DNA of 63,976 bases, filler included, from a candidate division WOR-3 bacterium (lineage in GTDB: Bacteria > SDB-A), in the NCBI GenBank assembly GCA_016934535.1. It is 4 parts of 4 records of this genome, joined end to end, with 100 filler letters (N's around TTAATTAATTAA, not from the genome) between each part and the next. Parts side by side here need not be neighbours in the genome. Positions count along the whole stretch, not along the records: positions 1 to 29,932 come from JAFGSQ010000026.1; 3 more parts are not named here. One strand, written 5' to 3'. A model generated the notes under the pieces. That model saw only the letters and a program-made list of their open reading frames with translations. It made no database searches and had not been told where the DNA came from. Made by a program: the position numbers and the translations under genes. Each line of letters starts with the position of its first letter. Positions within the stretch are counted from its first letter, which is position 1. Positions 1 through 10,669 of the stretch are shown here, piece after piece.

Positions 1-120
1 GTTCTTTTCCATAATAATTTTCCGGTAATCCCAATCTGCGACAGATATGGTTTTCAATGATTTGAAAATCTTATATAGGCTTTTAAGTTTTTTAAATGTG
101 ATTTGATAGTAATGTGAAAA

Positions 121-633
121 TCAACCTCCATCGACAGAAAGAATGATGTTGCCGGAAGCTGATTTGATGTAATAAATCGTGTAATACCCGTTTTTAAGGG
201 TTTCTGCCTGTACACCGGTCATGTAGAATCTTGTACCTCCGAAATTAATCTGGTTGTAAGCATTGTATTTTTTCCCGGTTTCAGGGGTCAGAGTGCCGCT
301 GACCGATGAGATTTTACTTTCACGGAGGTCCTTGTTTCTTAAAAAATAAATAATAATCGGAACAAAAAAGATAGGTGAATAAAGTAAAAAAGGCCATATT
401 TGTGTTATGTCAGAGGGAAACACGCCGTTTTTTTTATAAAAAACGAATCCTCCTATTGCAATAATAAGAATTGCTATAAAAAATGTCGTGGACAGCCTTT
501 GAATCGTCAGTTTGTTTATGGCTTTTATCTTGTTTTTCTGATCCTGAGATAGAGTTCCGCTTTTGTTGGCGTACAATCCATCTGTCGTGAAACCAAAGAT
601 TTCCTGAAGCTGTCTTGTATCATCTCGCGTCAT
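121..633 (-). CDS. Hypothetical membrane protein with two predicted TM helices
   Basis: 170-aa ORF with two hydrophobic segments; its start overlaps the stop of the upstream TPR/DUF2271 gene. Confidence 0.7.
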   Translation of the reverse strand: MTRDDTRQLQEIFGFTTDGLYANKSGTLSQDQKNKIKAINKLTIQRLSTTFFIAILIIAIGGFVFYKKNGVFPSDITQIWPFLLYSPIFFVPIIIYFLRNKDLRESKISSVSGTLTPETGKKYNAYNQINFGGTRFYMTGVQAETLKNGYYTIYYIKSASGNIILSVDGG

Positions 634-2240
634 TTTACAGCCTGGTAAATGTAATTCAGTTCGAGATACGGTACCAGCAGGGCGTCGTTTTTCACCGCAT
701 ATTTGTTCCCGTCAGCCAAAAGGATTGGAAGCGATACCGTTTCATATTTATAACTCGGCCAGTAACTGACTTCGACATTGACGACGTAAATGCCGTTCGG
801 GACCATATCACCGAAGCCGTCATCGAGGTCCCATGTGTAAAAATGATTGCCGAGATCTATGCTCGCCCCGGTAGTCGCGTCAGTCTCGAAATTCGATGTG
901 TTGCCCCACAAGGGCAGTGTGACCTGGACTGATTTGACGTGTCCCGCGAATCCGGAAACGTAAATTGTCTTGACGAAATTACCCTTTTCATCCTCGATCC
1001 AGACGGCAGTCTGAGGCGGGAGTTCGTCCTGGAAACCGAGGGCGAATTCTATTGTAAGACAAGGTGTTTCCAGAGAAGTAATATCCGACACCGTGGGACG
1101 GGGGTTGAAGCTCTCAAAGACCGATTCGGCTTGTTCAGAAGACGGATAATCATTTACGACACTTATCCATTTGGAAGTGCCGAGTTTTCTGTAGCCGTAA
1201 CCCAAGTTGAAAAGAGCCTCGGCTTTCATGGAGTCGGGAGCGCTGCTTTGCATAAAAATATTCAAGTCGGATATGCCCTGTTCGAGCCTTCCGACGAAGA
1301 AAGGAAACTGGACTCCCATTATTCCCCTCAAAAGTCTGAATTCAGTATTTTCCGGTTCGAGTTCTAGTACTCTGTCGAGTTGATCCATCGCCTTGAAGCA
1401 CAGATTCGTCCTGTAATCCGTGTTCTCGGAAATGATTTCGGCGTATCCGGCCTCGCTTAAAGCGAGATAGACGTATGCGAGAAGAGAATGCGCATCCACG
1501 CAGTTTTCGTCTGTTTCAACGGCTTTAAGCAATAGCGTTTCTGCTTTGAAATACTCCTCCGACTCGTATAAGAGTTGAGCCTGTGTTAAAACTTCTTCCA
1601 AATCTGAAGGGCTTATGCTTTCTGATTCTAAAAAAGGTATGACAATTTCTTTCAGTCTTTCGATTTCCTGACTGGCTTTTTGCGTAATTTCAGGATCCGA
1701 ATTCAATTCGAAAATTTCTTCCCACATTTTAAGAGCAGATAAAATGTCTTCTTTTTTCTCGTATCCTTCGGCTAAAAACATCCTCGTCTGGACAGCGTAG
1801 CGCTGTACTTCATGTTCTGGGGCGCTTGCCAGCAGAGAAAGTAAGGTTTCAAGGTCTTCTATGCCCTGGTTCAGTTTTCCCAAAAAAGGAGGCACTTTAA
1901 CACTCATGAGACCTCTGTAGAACAGGGCGTTAAGATTTTCGAAATCGAGGCGCACCGCTTTATCGAGTATGTTGAAGGATTCGAACGCGCGGGAGGCCTG
2001 AAGTTGGAAATTATCGGTTTCGCCGGCGCTTTTGCCGACGTAAAAACCCAGAAGGGCCAGAACATCAGGATTGTCCGGGTATTTTTCGGCGGCTTCCCTC
2101 ATCAGAGTTATAGCTTCTTCGGTCTTTCCCTGGTTGTTGAGCTCTCCGGCCGTGTCCATGTAATCCTTCAGCATCATCTCCGGGAAAAGGATACCGATTG
2201 ACATTAACAAAAATATTGCCGCGATAAATAAAACTTTCAT
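630..2240 (-). CDS. Secreted TPR-repeat protein with C-terminal DUF2271 domain (flavinylation-type motif)
   Basis: Likely start MKVLFIAAIF after AAGGGAG; signal peptide; helical TPR-like repeats; C-terminal PQTAVWIEDEKGNFVKTIYV...DATTGAS...WDL typical of DUF2271. Confidence 0.75.
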   Translation of the reverse strand: MKVLFIAAIFLLMSIGILFPEMMLKDYMDTAGELNNQGKTEEAITLMREAAEKYPDNPDVLALLGFYVGKSAGETDNFQLQASRAFESFNILDKAVRLDFENLNALFYRGLMSVKVPPFLGKLNQGIEDLETLLSLLASAPEHEVQRYAVQTRMFLAEGYEKKEDILSALKMWEEIFELNSDPEITQKASQEIERLKEIVIPFLESESISPSDLEEVLTQAQLLYESEEYFKAETLLLKAVETDENCVDAHSLLAYVYLALSEAGYAEIISENTDYRTNLCFKAMDQLDRVLELEPENTEFRLLRGIMGVQFPFFVGRLEQGISDLNIFMQSSAPDSMKAEALFNLGYGYRKLGTSKWISVVNDYPSSEQAESVFESFNPRPTVSDITSLETPCLTIEFALGFQDELPPQTAVWIEDEKGNFVKTIYVSGFAGHVKSVQVTLPLWGNTSNFETDATTGASIDLGNHFYTWDLDDGFGDMVPNGIYVVNVEVSYWPSYKYETVSLPILLADGNKYAVKNDALLVPYLELNYIYQAVK

Positions 2241-2788
2241 TTGTTCTCCCTTTTTAGAAAAAGAAATAACTGGGCTCCTTCCCAAAAATTTTCAAGCACG
2301 GCCTCAGAACTTATAGTCGCTCCAGTCACAGCGTCGATGCTGTAATTCATAAAATTCTTTCCCGGTACGTCTATGCTGTCAATATTTACTCCGGAAAATT
2401 CACCAAAGAAATTTTTCTTTTCAAGAAGAGCGAAGTATTGCGGCGTCTCTTCGTGAGAAACAACCTGAACGCCGGTGCAAAAGCCGTTTACATCAAAGCC
2501 TGTCATTGTGATTATCGGGCCTCCAATGCCTCTGTTCTCTCCGACGAAGGCGTATCCGGACACTGAATAAGATTCAATCGCTGTAAAATAAACAGTCGTG
2601 TCCAAAAGCGCTTTTGAAAAAGATACCGACGAAGGGAAAAGGTTTTGAAGGCAGTTCAATTCTTTATCCGAGATCGGGTTCTCGGAAAAATCCACGGCAA
2701 AAGCTTTGTCGGCAGAAAAAAATGCAGATATTTCAAGTATGAAAAGAAAGAAATACGGCGCAAAAAAGATTTTTCCTAATTTTGTCAT
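2237..2788 (-). CDS. FMN-binding domain protein (RnfG/NqrC-like)
   Basis: G-I-G-G-P-I, HEETP and IDAVTGATISS flavinylation motif; hydrophobic N-terminus. Confidence 0.85.
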   Translation of the reverse strand: MTKLGKIFFAPYFFLFILEISAFFSADKAFAVDFSENPISDKELNCLQNLFPSSVSFSKALLDTTVYFTAIESYSVSGYAFVGENRGIGGPIITMTGFDVNGFCTGVQVVSHEETPQYFALLEKKNFFGEFSGVNIDSIDVPGKNFMNYSIDAVTGATISSEAVLENFWEGAQLFLFLKRENK

Positions 2789-3037
2789 TTACGTTGTCAC
2801 TCTCCAGTTTTTTTCCCGAACGAATTAATTAACAACAATTTACCACATTTGGTATGAAATAGTAAAATAATTGCGGAATATGAGATGTTTATAGCATTAT
2901 CCCTGAAGATGCTTCTGCGAAAAATGTCACGATTAAACTTCTCAGTTTATTTTTGACTTTATATTGAACGGGATTTTTATTAAAATTTACGGAATAATGG
3001 CTGAAAATTTTGAAAGTGTCCGAAGGGGAGGATAAAT

Positions 3038-3571
3038 ATGGAAATGAATGAGAACGTCAGGAAGATTGTCGAATCCTATAAAAGTAAAATTAAAGATGAT
3101 AAAATTTTTTTTCATCCGGACATACCGTTTAAAAAGCTTCACAATGTTCAAAACAGCTACGCCAGGGGTGTTCCCACAAAAACAATTCTTCTTCTCATAG
3201 ACAATACGACTTTCGGAAGCGCGAAAGACGGGGCTCTTTTCACGGAAAACGCGATTTATTCGCACAATATAATGCAGAAACCGCAGAATTATATGTACGA
3301 TGAAATCGAATCGGTTGTTTTTCTTCCCGGAATGACGAGCAACCTCATAATAAACGGCAACAAGTTTCTCGAAACGAATTTTCCATCCCAGGTTTCGATG
3401 GTCTCGGTAAAAGATATGCTCCTGGAGATTATCAATTCCCTTAACGCCAAACCGTCCGGTGAAACTTTACCTGTTGAGGGATTGAAAAAACTCAAGGAAC
3501 TCTACGAACAGGGATTGATTAATGAAGAGGAATACAATCAAAAGAGAAAAAAATACATCGATCTGATCTGA
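3038..3571 (+). CDS. SHOCT domain-containing protein
   Basis: GGAGG RBS; C-terminal LKKLKELYEQGLINEEEYNQKRKK SHOCT motif; DNTTFGSAKDG motif. Confidence 0.8.
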   Translation: MEMNENVRKIVESYKSKIKDDKIFFHPDIPFKKLHNVQNSYARGVPTKTILLLIDNTTFGSAKDGALFTENAIYSHNIMQKPQNYMYDEIESVVFLPGMTSNLIINGNKFLETNFPSQVSMVSVKDMLLEIINSLNAKPSGETLPVEGLKKLKELYEQGLINEEEYNQKRKKYIDLI

Positions 3572-3616
3572 TGTTTAATTATAAAACATCTGAACGATTC
3601 CAGTAAAACTCGATTC

Positions 3617-4219
3617 CTATGAAACAATGATGCTCTCAATAATTCTGTAAACGTCAAAACCGTCCGAAAGTTCAGGATGGAATGTGCAGGCGATTATCCT
3701 GTTTTGGATGACCAAGACCGGACTGCCTTCGGATTCGGCGAGTACTTGGACGCCATTTCCTGTTCTCGTTATCCTCGGGGCTCTTATAAAAATGCCGTTC
3801 ATTGAATCTGTTCCGGTGAATTTTCTTCCGGAAGAAGTGAAGCGGATTTCCTTGACTGATGAATCCACCTGCCTTCCGTAGGCATTTCTTTCTGTTTCTA
3901 TGTCAATTAGACTCCAAGGTTTCGCTCTGCCGGGGTTGAGAATATTTTTTGAAAGCATTATGCTTCCCGCGCAGGTCCCGAAAAGCGCGACGCCTTTTTC
4001 TGTTTCAGATATTATTCTTTCTCCGAGACGCGAGAGGTCTGAAAGTATTGAAATTGTTGAAGACTCCCCGCCAGGAATTATTATAAGATCGACGGTTTCA
4101 GGAAAGTCCCCCGGTTTTCTGATAAAAAAGACCTTGGAATCCCTGAAGTATTCCAGAACCTTTCTGGAATGAGAGTCGTAATCGCCCTGTAAGGCGACTA
4201 CGGCTATTTTCGTTACCAT
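3617..4219 (-). CDS. pdxT: Pyridoxal 5'-phosphate synthase glutaminase subunit
   Basis: ALQGD, PGGES, GTCAG, RNAYGRQ, FIRAP and FHPEL motifs; adjacent to pdxS. Confidence 0.95.
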   Translation of the reverse strand: MVTKIAVVALQGDYDSHSRKVLEYFRDSKVFFIRKPGDFPETVDLIIIPGGESSTISILSDLSRLGERIISETEKGVALFGTCAGSIMLSKNILNPGRAKPWSLIDIETERNAYGRQVDSSVKEIRFTSSGRKFTGTDSMNGIFIRAPRITRTGNGVQVLAESEGSPVLVIQNRIIACTFHPELSDGFDVYRIIESIIVS

Positions 4220-5088
4220 CCTCTAGACTGAAGTTCTTCTTCAGGGGAGAGCTTTGAAGAATCTATCCCTCTCATCCCCTCGCCGAGTTCTTCAGAAATT
4301 TCAGCGACTGCTTTGGCGTCTTTGTAATGCGTCACGGCCAGAACTATCGCTCTCGCTCTTTTTTCCGGGTCGGAAGACTTGAATATTCCCGATCCGACGA
4401 AAATACTTTCTGCGCCGAGTTGCATCATTAAAGATGCGTCGGCAGGTGTCGCTATGCCTCCTGCGGCGAAATTCGGCACAGGCAGTTTGGCGGTTTCGGC
4501 AACATTCTTTACGAGAGAATAAGGTGCGCCGAGTTCTTTCGATTGTGCCATGAGCTCGTCGTCCCTGAGAGCAGTCAGTACTTTTATGTCGTGCTGAACC
4601 GTTCGCATGTGTCTGACAGCGTGGATTATGTCTCCTGTGCCCGCCTCTCCTTTTGTTCTTATCAGCGCGGCTCCTTCTCCGATCCTCCTGAGAGCCTCGC
4701 CGAGGTTTCTGCATCCGCAGACGAAAGGCACTTCGAAGGCGTGTTTGTTTACGTGGAATCTATCGTCAGCCGGCGTCAAAACTTCCGATTCGTCAATGAA
4801 ATCCACGCCTACGGCCTGAAGTATCTGCGCCTCGGCAAAATGTCCTATCCGGCACTTTGCCATCACCGGTATGTCCACGGTTTGCATGATCTCTTTGATT
4901 TTTTTCAGGCTCGCCATCCTTGCCACTCCCCCGGAAGCCCGGATGTCCGCAGGCACTCTTTCCAGAGCCATCACAGCTACTGCTCCGGCTTCCTGTGCTA
5001 TCGAGGCCTGTTTGGCGTCGGTGACGTCCATTATGACGCCGCCTTTCAGCATGTCTGCGAGTCCGATTTTGATTTTTATATCAGCCAT
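4213..5088 (-). CDS. pdxS: Pyridoxal 5'-phosphate synthase lyase subunit
   Basis: [30 protein letters not shown] and [12 protein letters not shown]; start at MADIK after CAGGAGG. Confidence 0.97.
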   Translation of the reverse strand: MADIKIKIGLADMLKGGVIMDVTDAKQASIAQEAGAVAVMALERVPADIRASGGVARMASLKKIKEIMQTVDIPVMAKCRIGHFAEAQILQAVGVDFIDESEVLTPADDRFHVNKHAFEVPFVCGCRNLGEALRRIGEGAALIRTKGEAGTGDIIHAVRHMRTVQHDIKVLTALRDDELMAQSKELGAPYSLVKNVAETAKLPVPNFAAGGIATPADASLMMQLGAESIFVGSGIFKSSDPEKRARAIVLAVTHYKDAKAVAEISEELGEGMRGIDSSKLSPEEELQSRGW

Positions 5089-5182
5089 ATAAACCTCCTG
5101 AAAATGGGATAATTTATAAGTAAAAAACCAATTCAATTATAATTATAACATATATTCAGGTCAAACTGAACAAGGGGATTCC

Positions 5183-6301
5183 TTACGCAGATTCCGGCAA
5201 ATCAGTTGTTATGAGGCCTTTGGGTGACGTGTAGAAAACCGAACCGCCTGAGCGGGTATAAGTTTCGAGTTCTTCCATGAACCATTTTATTCTTTTTGCG
5301 TCGAGGTGAAGGAGCGGATTCTCGATAAAAATAATCTCGGGATTTCTCGACAGAGCCAGACAAATAGCAATCGCGCGTCTTTGGCCGGATGAAAGAGTAA
5401 AAGGGTCGGCTCCGATAATGTCGTCCGGAAAACCCGCTCCTTGAGCCATTTTAAGAAAAAGGTCTCTGTCGATTCTCCGCCAGGCAAGTTCCCTGCCGAT
5501 ATCTCTGTAAAAGAAAAGGCGTTCGGAACATTGAGGGAGAAATGAAATTTTTCCCTTCTTTTTCAATCGGCTTTTCAGTTCTTTGATCAAAGAATTGTTG
5601 GAATCAAGTTTGAAGTAATTTGGCTTTGTGAAGATATTCTGAACTCTTTCAATTGTCACATCTTTTAAAGACAGTTCGGGATCTTCTGTCAGTCCGCCTT
5701 TTTCCAGAAAGTAATGCTTTTTGGTTATGTTTTTGAAAAAAGAGGGGAATTGCGTGACGTAAAGACACCCGATGCCGTGGTTGAGCAGTTTTTCGGTCAT
5801 CTCCTTTCTCTCATTTTCAGTCAGATTGATGAATACTTCATCGAACAGTATGAATTTTTTCCCGGTCATGCAGAATCCCGCAGTGAAAAGCTTCAAAAGT
5901 TCGTAATAGTCCATATCGAAGGTTTTTTTAGAATTGATAGTCCATTCTTTCGCGATTTCCGAGGCTGATATTAAGCCGTGCGAGGAGTTGCCTTTTGCGA
6001 GAGAAGCGCTGAATCGCAATTCCTTTTCTGATGTTGTAAAAGCTATTTGATTGAATATTTCCTGCCTTATCAGTCCTGTGAAAGAGGAAGACGACGATGT
6101 CGAAACTCCGTTTCCACTGCAGTAAACTTTTCCGGAATCCGGCACCAGCAAACCGGACAAAGCGAAAAGGAGTGTGCTTTTACCGGATGCAACATCTCCG
6201 GAAAGAGTCGCGACACTTCCGTCCTCTATCTCAAGACTGACGTCAGATAATAATTTTCCTTTGTTCCATGAAAATGTTATATTTTCTGATACTAATTTCA
6301 T
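5183..6301 (-). CDS. ABC/ECF-type ATP-binding protein with two partly degenerate ATPase domains
   Basis: Walker A GDVASGKST and ILFDE in the N-terminal half; LSSGQRR signature in the C-terminal half. Confidence 0.7.
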   Translation of the reverse strand: MKLVSENITFSWNKGKLLSDVSLEIEDGSVATLSGDVASGKSTLLFALSGLLVPDSGKVYCSGNGVSTSSSSSFTGLIRQEIFNQIAFTTSEKELRFSASLAKGNSSHGLISASEIAKEWTINSKKTFDMDYYELLKLFTAGFCMTGKKFILFDEVFINLTENERKEMTEKLLNHGIGCLYVTQFPSFFKNITKKHYFLEKGGLTEDPELSLKDVTIERVQNIFTKPNYFKLDSNNSLIKELKSRLKKKGKISFLPQCSERLFFYRDIGRELAWRRIDRDLFLKMAQGAGFPDDIIGADPFTLSSGQRRAIAICLALSRNPEIIFIENPLLHLDAKRIKWFMEELETYTRSGGSVFYTSPKGLITTDLPESA

Positions 6302-6346
6302 TGAATTGCTGTTAGCACGCGGCAAAAAAAAAGAAAAGAGGAAATT

Positions 6347-8152
6347 GTGCCGGACAAAATCGCTGTGATAGACCTTGGGGGTCAGTATGCGCATCTCATT
6401 GCCACCAAAGTGAGGGAGACGGGAGTTTTCTCGGAGATACTGAATCCCGACGCGGACATGAGCGTTCTGTCTGAATTCAAAGGAGTGATCCTTTCCGGCA
6501 GTCCCGCCTTGAGTTCACAAAACGAACTGGCAATCGGCGGAGAAATTTTAGGCAAAGATATCCCGGTTCTCGGTTTTTGTTTCGGCCATCAGGAGATCGC
6601 CAAATTCCACGGCGGTAAAATCGAAAACAAGGGACAGGAATACGGTAAAAGCGTTTTGAGGATAACAAAGAAATCCGAGATATTCGAAGGCCTTTCCCTG
6701 GAAGAAACGGTTTGGATGAGCCACGGTGACGCAGTTGTCTCTCCAGGCCAGATGGAAGAAACAGGCGTTTCGGTTTCTCCAGAAGGGCGGATCCAGAGAT
6801 ATTCAGCGCTACAGCATCTTCCGTCAAAACATTTCGGCTTTCAGTTTCATCCGGAAGTGGACGACACTCCCAACGGCATAAAAATGATAGAAAACTTTGT
6901 TTTTAAAATATGCGGCTGTATTAAATCCTGGGATCAGAAAACGATGCTCGAAAAAATAAAAAATAATGTCATAAAGGAAGCTTTCGGCAAAAAAACAGTA
7001 ATGCTAGTCAGCGGAGGAGTAGATTCAACAGTAGCCGCAGTGGTGCTTGGCAAATATCTGCCGCGCGAAAGCCTGTCTTTCATACACGTTGACACCGGGC
7101 TTATGAGGGAAAACGAGAGCAGGGAAGTGATGGACCTTTTTGAGAAACAAGGTCTTCTCGGCAGAATGAAGTTCATAGACGCCTCAAAGAACTTCATCGG
7201 GAAACTCGAAGGAATAAGCGACCCGGAAAAGAAAAGAAAGATTATAGGTGAATCGTTCATACAAACTGTGGAACCGCTCTTATCAGAAACCTCCGGAGAG
7301 GGAAATCTTTTGGGTCAGGGCACAATATACCCTGACAGGATAGAAACGGGTGAAACGAAACACGCGAACAAGATAAAGACGCACCACAACAGAATACCGG
7401 TTATAGAGGAGATGGTCAGAGCCGGAAAGGTCATAGAACCGCTGAAAGACCTTTACAAGATGGAAGTCAGGGAATTGGCCAAGCATTTAGGAATACCCTC
7501 CGAATTCGTCGACAGGCATCCTTTTCCCGGTCCCGGACTCGGAGTGAGATGTGTGTGCTCCGACGGTAATGTTGACAAAGACGAATTTGCAAAAGTCCGA
7601 AAAGACCTTTTAAATTTGCCTTCTGTAACTTTTGAAAAGGACCTGCTTCCGGTCAAATCGGTCGGAGTAAAAGGCGACCTCAGGAGTTTCGAATACTCGG
7701 CTGTTTTGTGTTCGGAAAAAACGGATTTCGATGAGGCCGAATCTTATGCCAACGTCATTTTTCGGTCTGTGAAAGGCATTAACAGGACACTTTTGATATA
7801 CGGCATCAAAAGCCTGCCTGAATTTCGAGCAAGAGAAGCTTATCTCACACCGAAAAGGCTTGAAATTTTAAGAAAAGCAGACAGAAAAGCGAACGATTTG
7901 CTGATTAAATTCGGCCTGTACGGCGACGTGTGGCAGATGCCCGTCATACTTCTGCCGGTGACAGCGAACGGGCAAGAGAAAGAGATAATCGTCGTAAGAC
8001 CGGTTGTCTCCTTGAGAGGTATGACAGCCAGGCCGTATCATTTGACAGATATATTTATGGACGAGTTAAACGAATTCATAAAATATTCGGACGCTGGATT
8101 TCTGGCGTTCGACCTTTCATCAAAACCTCCCGCGACAATAGAATGGGAATGA
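6347..8152 (+). CDS. guaA: GMP synthase (glutamine-hydrolyzing)
   Basis: GFCFGHQ, FQFHPEV, SGGVDS, QGTIYPD, IKTHHN, RHPFPGPGLGVR and KPPATIEWE. Confidence 0.97.
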   Translation: MPDKIAVIDLGGQYAHLIATKVRETGVFSEILNPDADMSVLSEFKGVILSGSPALSSQNELAIGGEILGKDIPVLGFCFGHQEIAKFHGGKIENKGQEYGKSVLRITKKSEIFEGLSLEETVWMSHGDAVVSPGQMEETGVSVSPEGRIQRYSALQHLPSKHFGFQFHPEVDDTPNGIKMIENFVFKICGCIKSWDQKTMLEKIKNNVIKEAFGKKTVMLVSGGVDSTVAAVVLGKYLPRESLSFIHVDTGLMRENESREVMDLFEKQGLLGRMKFIDASKNFIGKLEGISDPEKKRKIIGESFIQTVEPLLSETSGEGNLLGQGTIYPDRIETGETKHANKIKTHHNRIPVIEEMVRAGKVIEPLKDLYKMEVRELAKHLGIPSEFVDRHPFPGPGLGVRCVCSDGNVDKDEFAKVRKDLLNLPSVTFEKDLLPVKSVGVKGDLRSFEYSAVLCSEKTDFDEAESYANVIFRSVKGINRTLLIYGIKSLPEFRAREAYLTPKRLEILRKADRKANDLLIKFGLYGDVWQMPVILLPVTANGQEKEIIVVRPVVSLRGMTARPYHLTDIFMDELNEFIKYSDAGFLAFDLSSKPPATIEWE

Positions 8153-8216
8153 TCAAGAGAAACATATGTTATTGAGATCCGGAACGCCTGCCGGTTTTCG
8201 GATCTGAGGGGGACGA

Positions 8217-10166
8217 ATGAACAGAAAACTGACCGCAGTATTTTTGATTGTTTTAACTTTAATATTCGTCGCGAATCCCGTTTTATTAGCCAGAGCCGGA
8301 GGCGGTGAATCATACGGCGGCGGGGGAGGTGGCGGAGGATCTTTTGGAGGGGGTGGAGGAGACGGTGGAGGTGGCGGGGGAGAACTGATACTGTGCCTGA
8401 TATGGCTTATAATAAAATATCCCTGCATAGGTATTCCTCTGACTTTGTTTATAATCGCCGCAGCCATATTTTCTAAAATAAAGGGCACCGGAGCCGTCAC
8501 AGACAGGAATCTCAAAAGAGCCCAGAGGGCAGTCAGAAGCAGTTCGATAGATCAGAATCTCAAGCGTCTTGTATCAAAGGATCCGAATTTCTCTCTCGAA
8601 GCGCTGAAAACGAGAGTCGCGACCGCTTTTGCCGCTGTACAGAAAGCATGGAGCATACAGGATTTGACTAAAATTACACCTTTTGTCTCAGACGGCATAA
8701 ACGAGAGGTTCAGCCTTCAGATAGATATGCAGAAAGCTGAAGGATGGAGAAACGTAATGGAAAACGTGTCCGTACAGAAAGTCGAACTCGTCTCCGTTTT
8801 GTCGGACCAAAATTACGACACTCTGCATTTTGCTGTGACCGCCAAAGCAAAAGACTACAAAGTAAATCTGAAGACCGGGAAAACATTGCAGGGGTCAATG
8901 ATAAACGACAAATTTACGGAAGTCTGGACTTTCTTGAGAAAAGCCGACGTCAAAACACTCAACAGGAAAGGCGCTTTCGAGGGTAATTGCCCTAACTGCG
9001 CCGCTCCTCTCGCTATTACCGACGAGGGGAACTGTAAAGCCTGTAAAGCTTTCATCCGAAGCCCCAATTACGACTGGATACTCTCAGAGATAACTCAGGT
9101 TGAAGAATGGGAGCCGCGCTCCGCTGAAGCGGCAGTTCCGGCAAACAATATAATTTCAGAAAAAGACCCCAATTTTTCAACACAATATATAGAGGATAGG
9201 ACGTCGGTGGTGTTCTACCGTTACCAGGCGGCACTGTTTACGGGCGACGCTCTCCATCTGATGAAAGTCGCTTCTGCAACGGCTTACAAAGACCTGGCAA
9301 CCCGTATTTCCGGAAATAAAAAAGGCGACACCGTCCTTTATTATAGATTTCCTGCTGTTGGTAAGGTAGAAACTCTTTGGGTGCAATCGGAAGGCGATAT
9401 TGACAAAGTTCACGTTCTCGTTAAATGGTCGGGAAGCGGGGCTGAAAGAAATCTGGCCACCGGAACAATTAGGGTGACTGGAGCCAGGACGATAAGAACG
9501 ACAGTGTTCACTCTTTTCAGAAAAGGAGACGCTTTATCGCCGTCGGAATCCTTTGCCTCGGCGCACTGTCCTAACTGCGGAGCTCCCGAAATTAGGGATT
9601 CAAAAGAAGTCTGTCCTTACTGTGGAACGGTTCTCAATGACGGGAGCAGAACCTGGATACTCCGAGAAATGCAGGATTACCAAGCTTGGATGCAGGTCAA
9701 CAGGGAAAGATGGAACGCCGACAGAAAAAAGACCGTTTTCTCCCAGAATCCGTCAGCGGTTATTGAAGCTCTCGCGGCGATGATGTTCGCCGACGGGATC
9801 GCGGATGAACAGGAAAAGAAAAAACTTACTGAATTCGCCTCCAAATACGGCATGACTAAATCTGCGGTGGATGAACTGACCGATAGAGCCGTTTCAGGAA
9901 ATCTTGTTTGGCAGATACCGTCGGATAAAGCGAAGGCTCAGGGCTTCCTGATGGCTCTGACGGACATGTCGCTAAGCGATGGTAGAGTGAGCAGGGAAGA
10001 GTGGAAAATACTGAAAGACGTGGCTTATAAGATAGGAATCGACGAACCGAAACTAAAAAATCTTGTCAGAGAAAGACAGAAAGCATTGATAAATTTCGGT
10101 AAGAAATATTTCAAAAAACCGGGAGAAAACATTCAACCTCCTCCTCCTCCAGATATACCGAACTAA
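8217..10166 (+). CDS. Tim44-like domain protein with two zinc ribbons and C-terminal TerB-like domain
   Basis: Signal peptide, RAGGG Gly-rich segment and TM helix; DPNFS...FTEVWTF Tim44 pattern; two CPNC ribbons; ADG..DEQE and SDG..SREE TerB-like repeats. Confidence 0.8.
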   Translation: MNRKLTAVFLIVLTLIFVANPVLLARAGGGESYGGGGGGGGSFGGGGGDGGGGGGELILCLIWLIIKYPCIGIPLTLFIIAAAIFSKIKGTGAVTDRNLKRAQRAVRSSSIDQNLKRLVSKDPNFSLEALKTRVATAFAAVQKAWSIQDLTKITPFVSDGINERFSLQIDMQKAEGWRNVMENVSVQKVELVSVLSDQNYDTLHFAVTAKAKDYKVNLKTGKTLQGSMINDKFTEVWTFLRKADVKTLNRKGAFEGNCPNCAAPLAITDEGNCKACKAFIRSPNYDWILSEITQVEEWEPRSAEAAVPANNIISEKDPNFSTQYIEDRTSVVFYRYQAALFTGDALHLMKVASATAYKDLATRISGNKKGDTVLYYRFPAVGKVETLWVQSEGDIDKVHVLVKWSGSGAERNLATGTIRVTGARTIRTTVFTLFRKGDALSPSESFASAHCPNCGAPEIRDSKEVCPYCGTVLNDGSRTWILREMQDYQAWMQVNRERWNADRKKTVFSQNPSAVIEALAAMMFADGIADEQEKKKLTEFASKYGMTKSAVDELTDRAVSGNLVWQIPSDKAKAQGFLMALTDMSLSDGRVSREEWKILKDVAYKIGIDEPKLKNLVRERQKALINFGKKYFKKPGENIQPPPPPDIPN

Positions 10167-10218
10167 ATTAATATGAACTGATGTTTCAATATCCGACTCG
10201 TACGAAAATTTTATATTA

Positions 10219-10247
10219 TTGAATTGAAAACTTAAATCTGATAAAAT
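10219..10247 (+). promoter_or_regulatory. Putative sigma70 promoter for 6S RNA
   Basis: TTGAAT-17 nt-TAAAAT with an extended -10 TG. Confidence 0.5.
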
Positions 10248-10283
10248 GTAATCGATGAAAAACAAAGTATCAAAGAATCGGAC

Positions 10284-10447
10284 ACTGGGGTGTGCGTGAT
10301 GGATAGATTTTGTTTGAGCCAACAGCCTTTAGCAGGGAATCCGGTTCCTTGCGGGACGATCGAGCTCTTAAATGAGATTTTCCGAACTCAAGGCAGGATG
10401 CCCACCTTGACAAAGGTTCAAACTCTTCTTTCACACGGCATCCCGGT
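10284..10447 (+). ncRNA. ssrS: 6S RNA
   Basis: Long irregular hairpin: ACTGGGGTGTGCGTG pairs with CACGGCATCCCGGT and TTTGAGCC with GGTTCAAA; central bubble with AGGGA/CCCACC; conserved position upstream of rny. Confidence 0.8.
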
Positions 10448-10669
10448 TCCAATATTAAAGGGATAAGAACACTTGTTTGAAAGAAATCATTCTCTTTTAA
10501 TAACAAAAAAATATCATATGAAAAGAGACGCAATTTTCCATGGATTTGTTTTGACGCTTATTTCGCGCTTTGACAAGCCTTTTAAGGCGTCGAGACTGCC
10601 GGAATTTCGTACCTGACATTTTTTTGATTTCTTGGATTCGTGTTCTCCGTCCCGTACGGGAGGATTTTC

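Noticed and set aside
1-12. Possible minus-strand gene start (ATG GAA AAG AAC) at the window edge
   Set aside because: Only four codons are visible
8153-8515. Poly-proline ORF on the minus strand
   Set aside because: Antisense shadow of the Gly-rich segment of the Tim44-like gene
10053-10533. Minus-strand ORFs between the Tim44-like gene and rny
   Set aside because: The region is better explained by 6S RNA and its promoter
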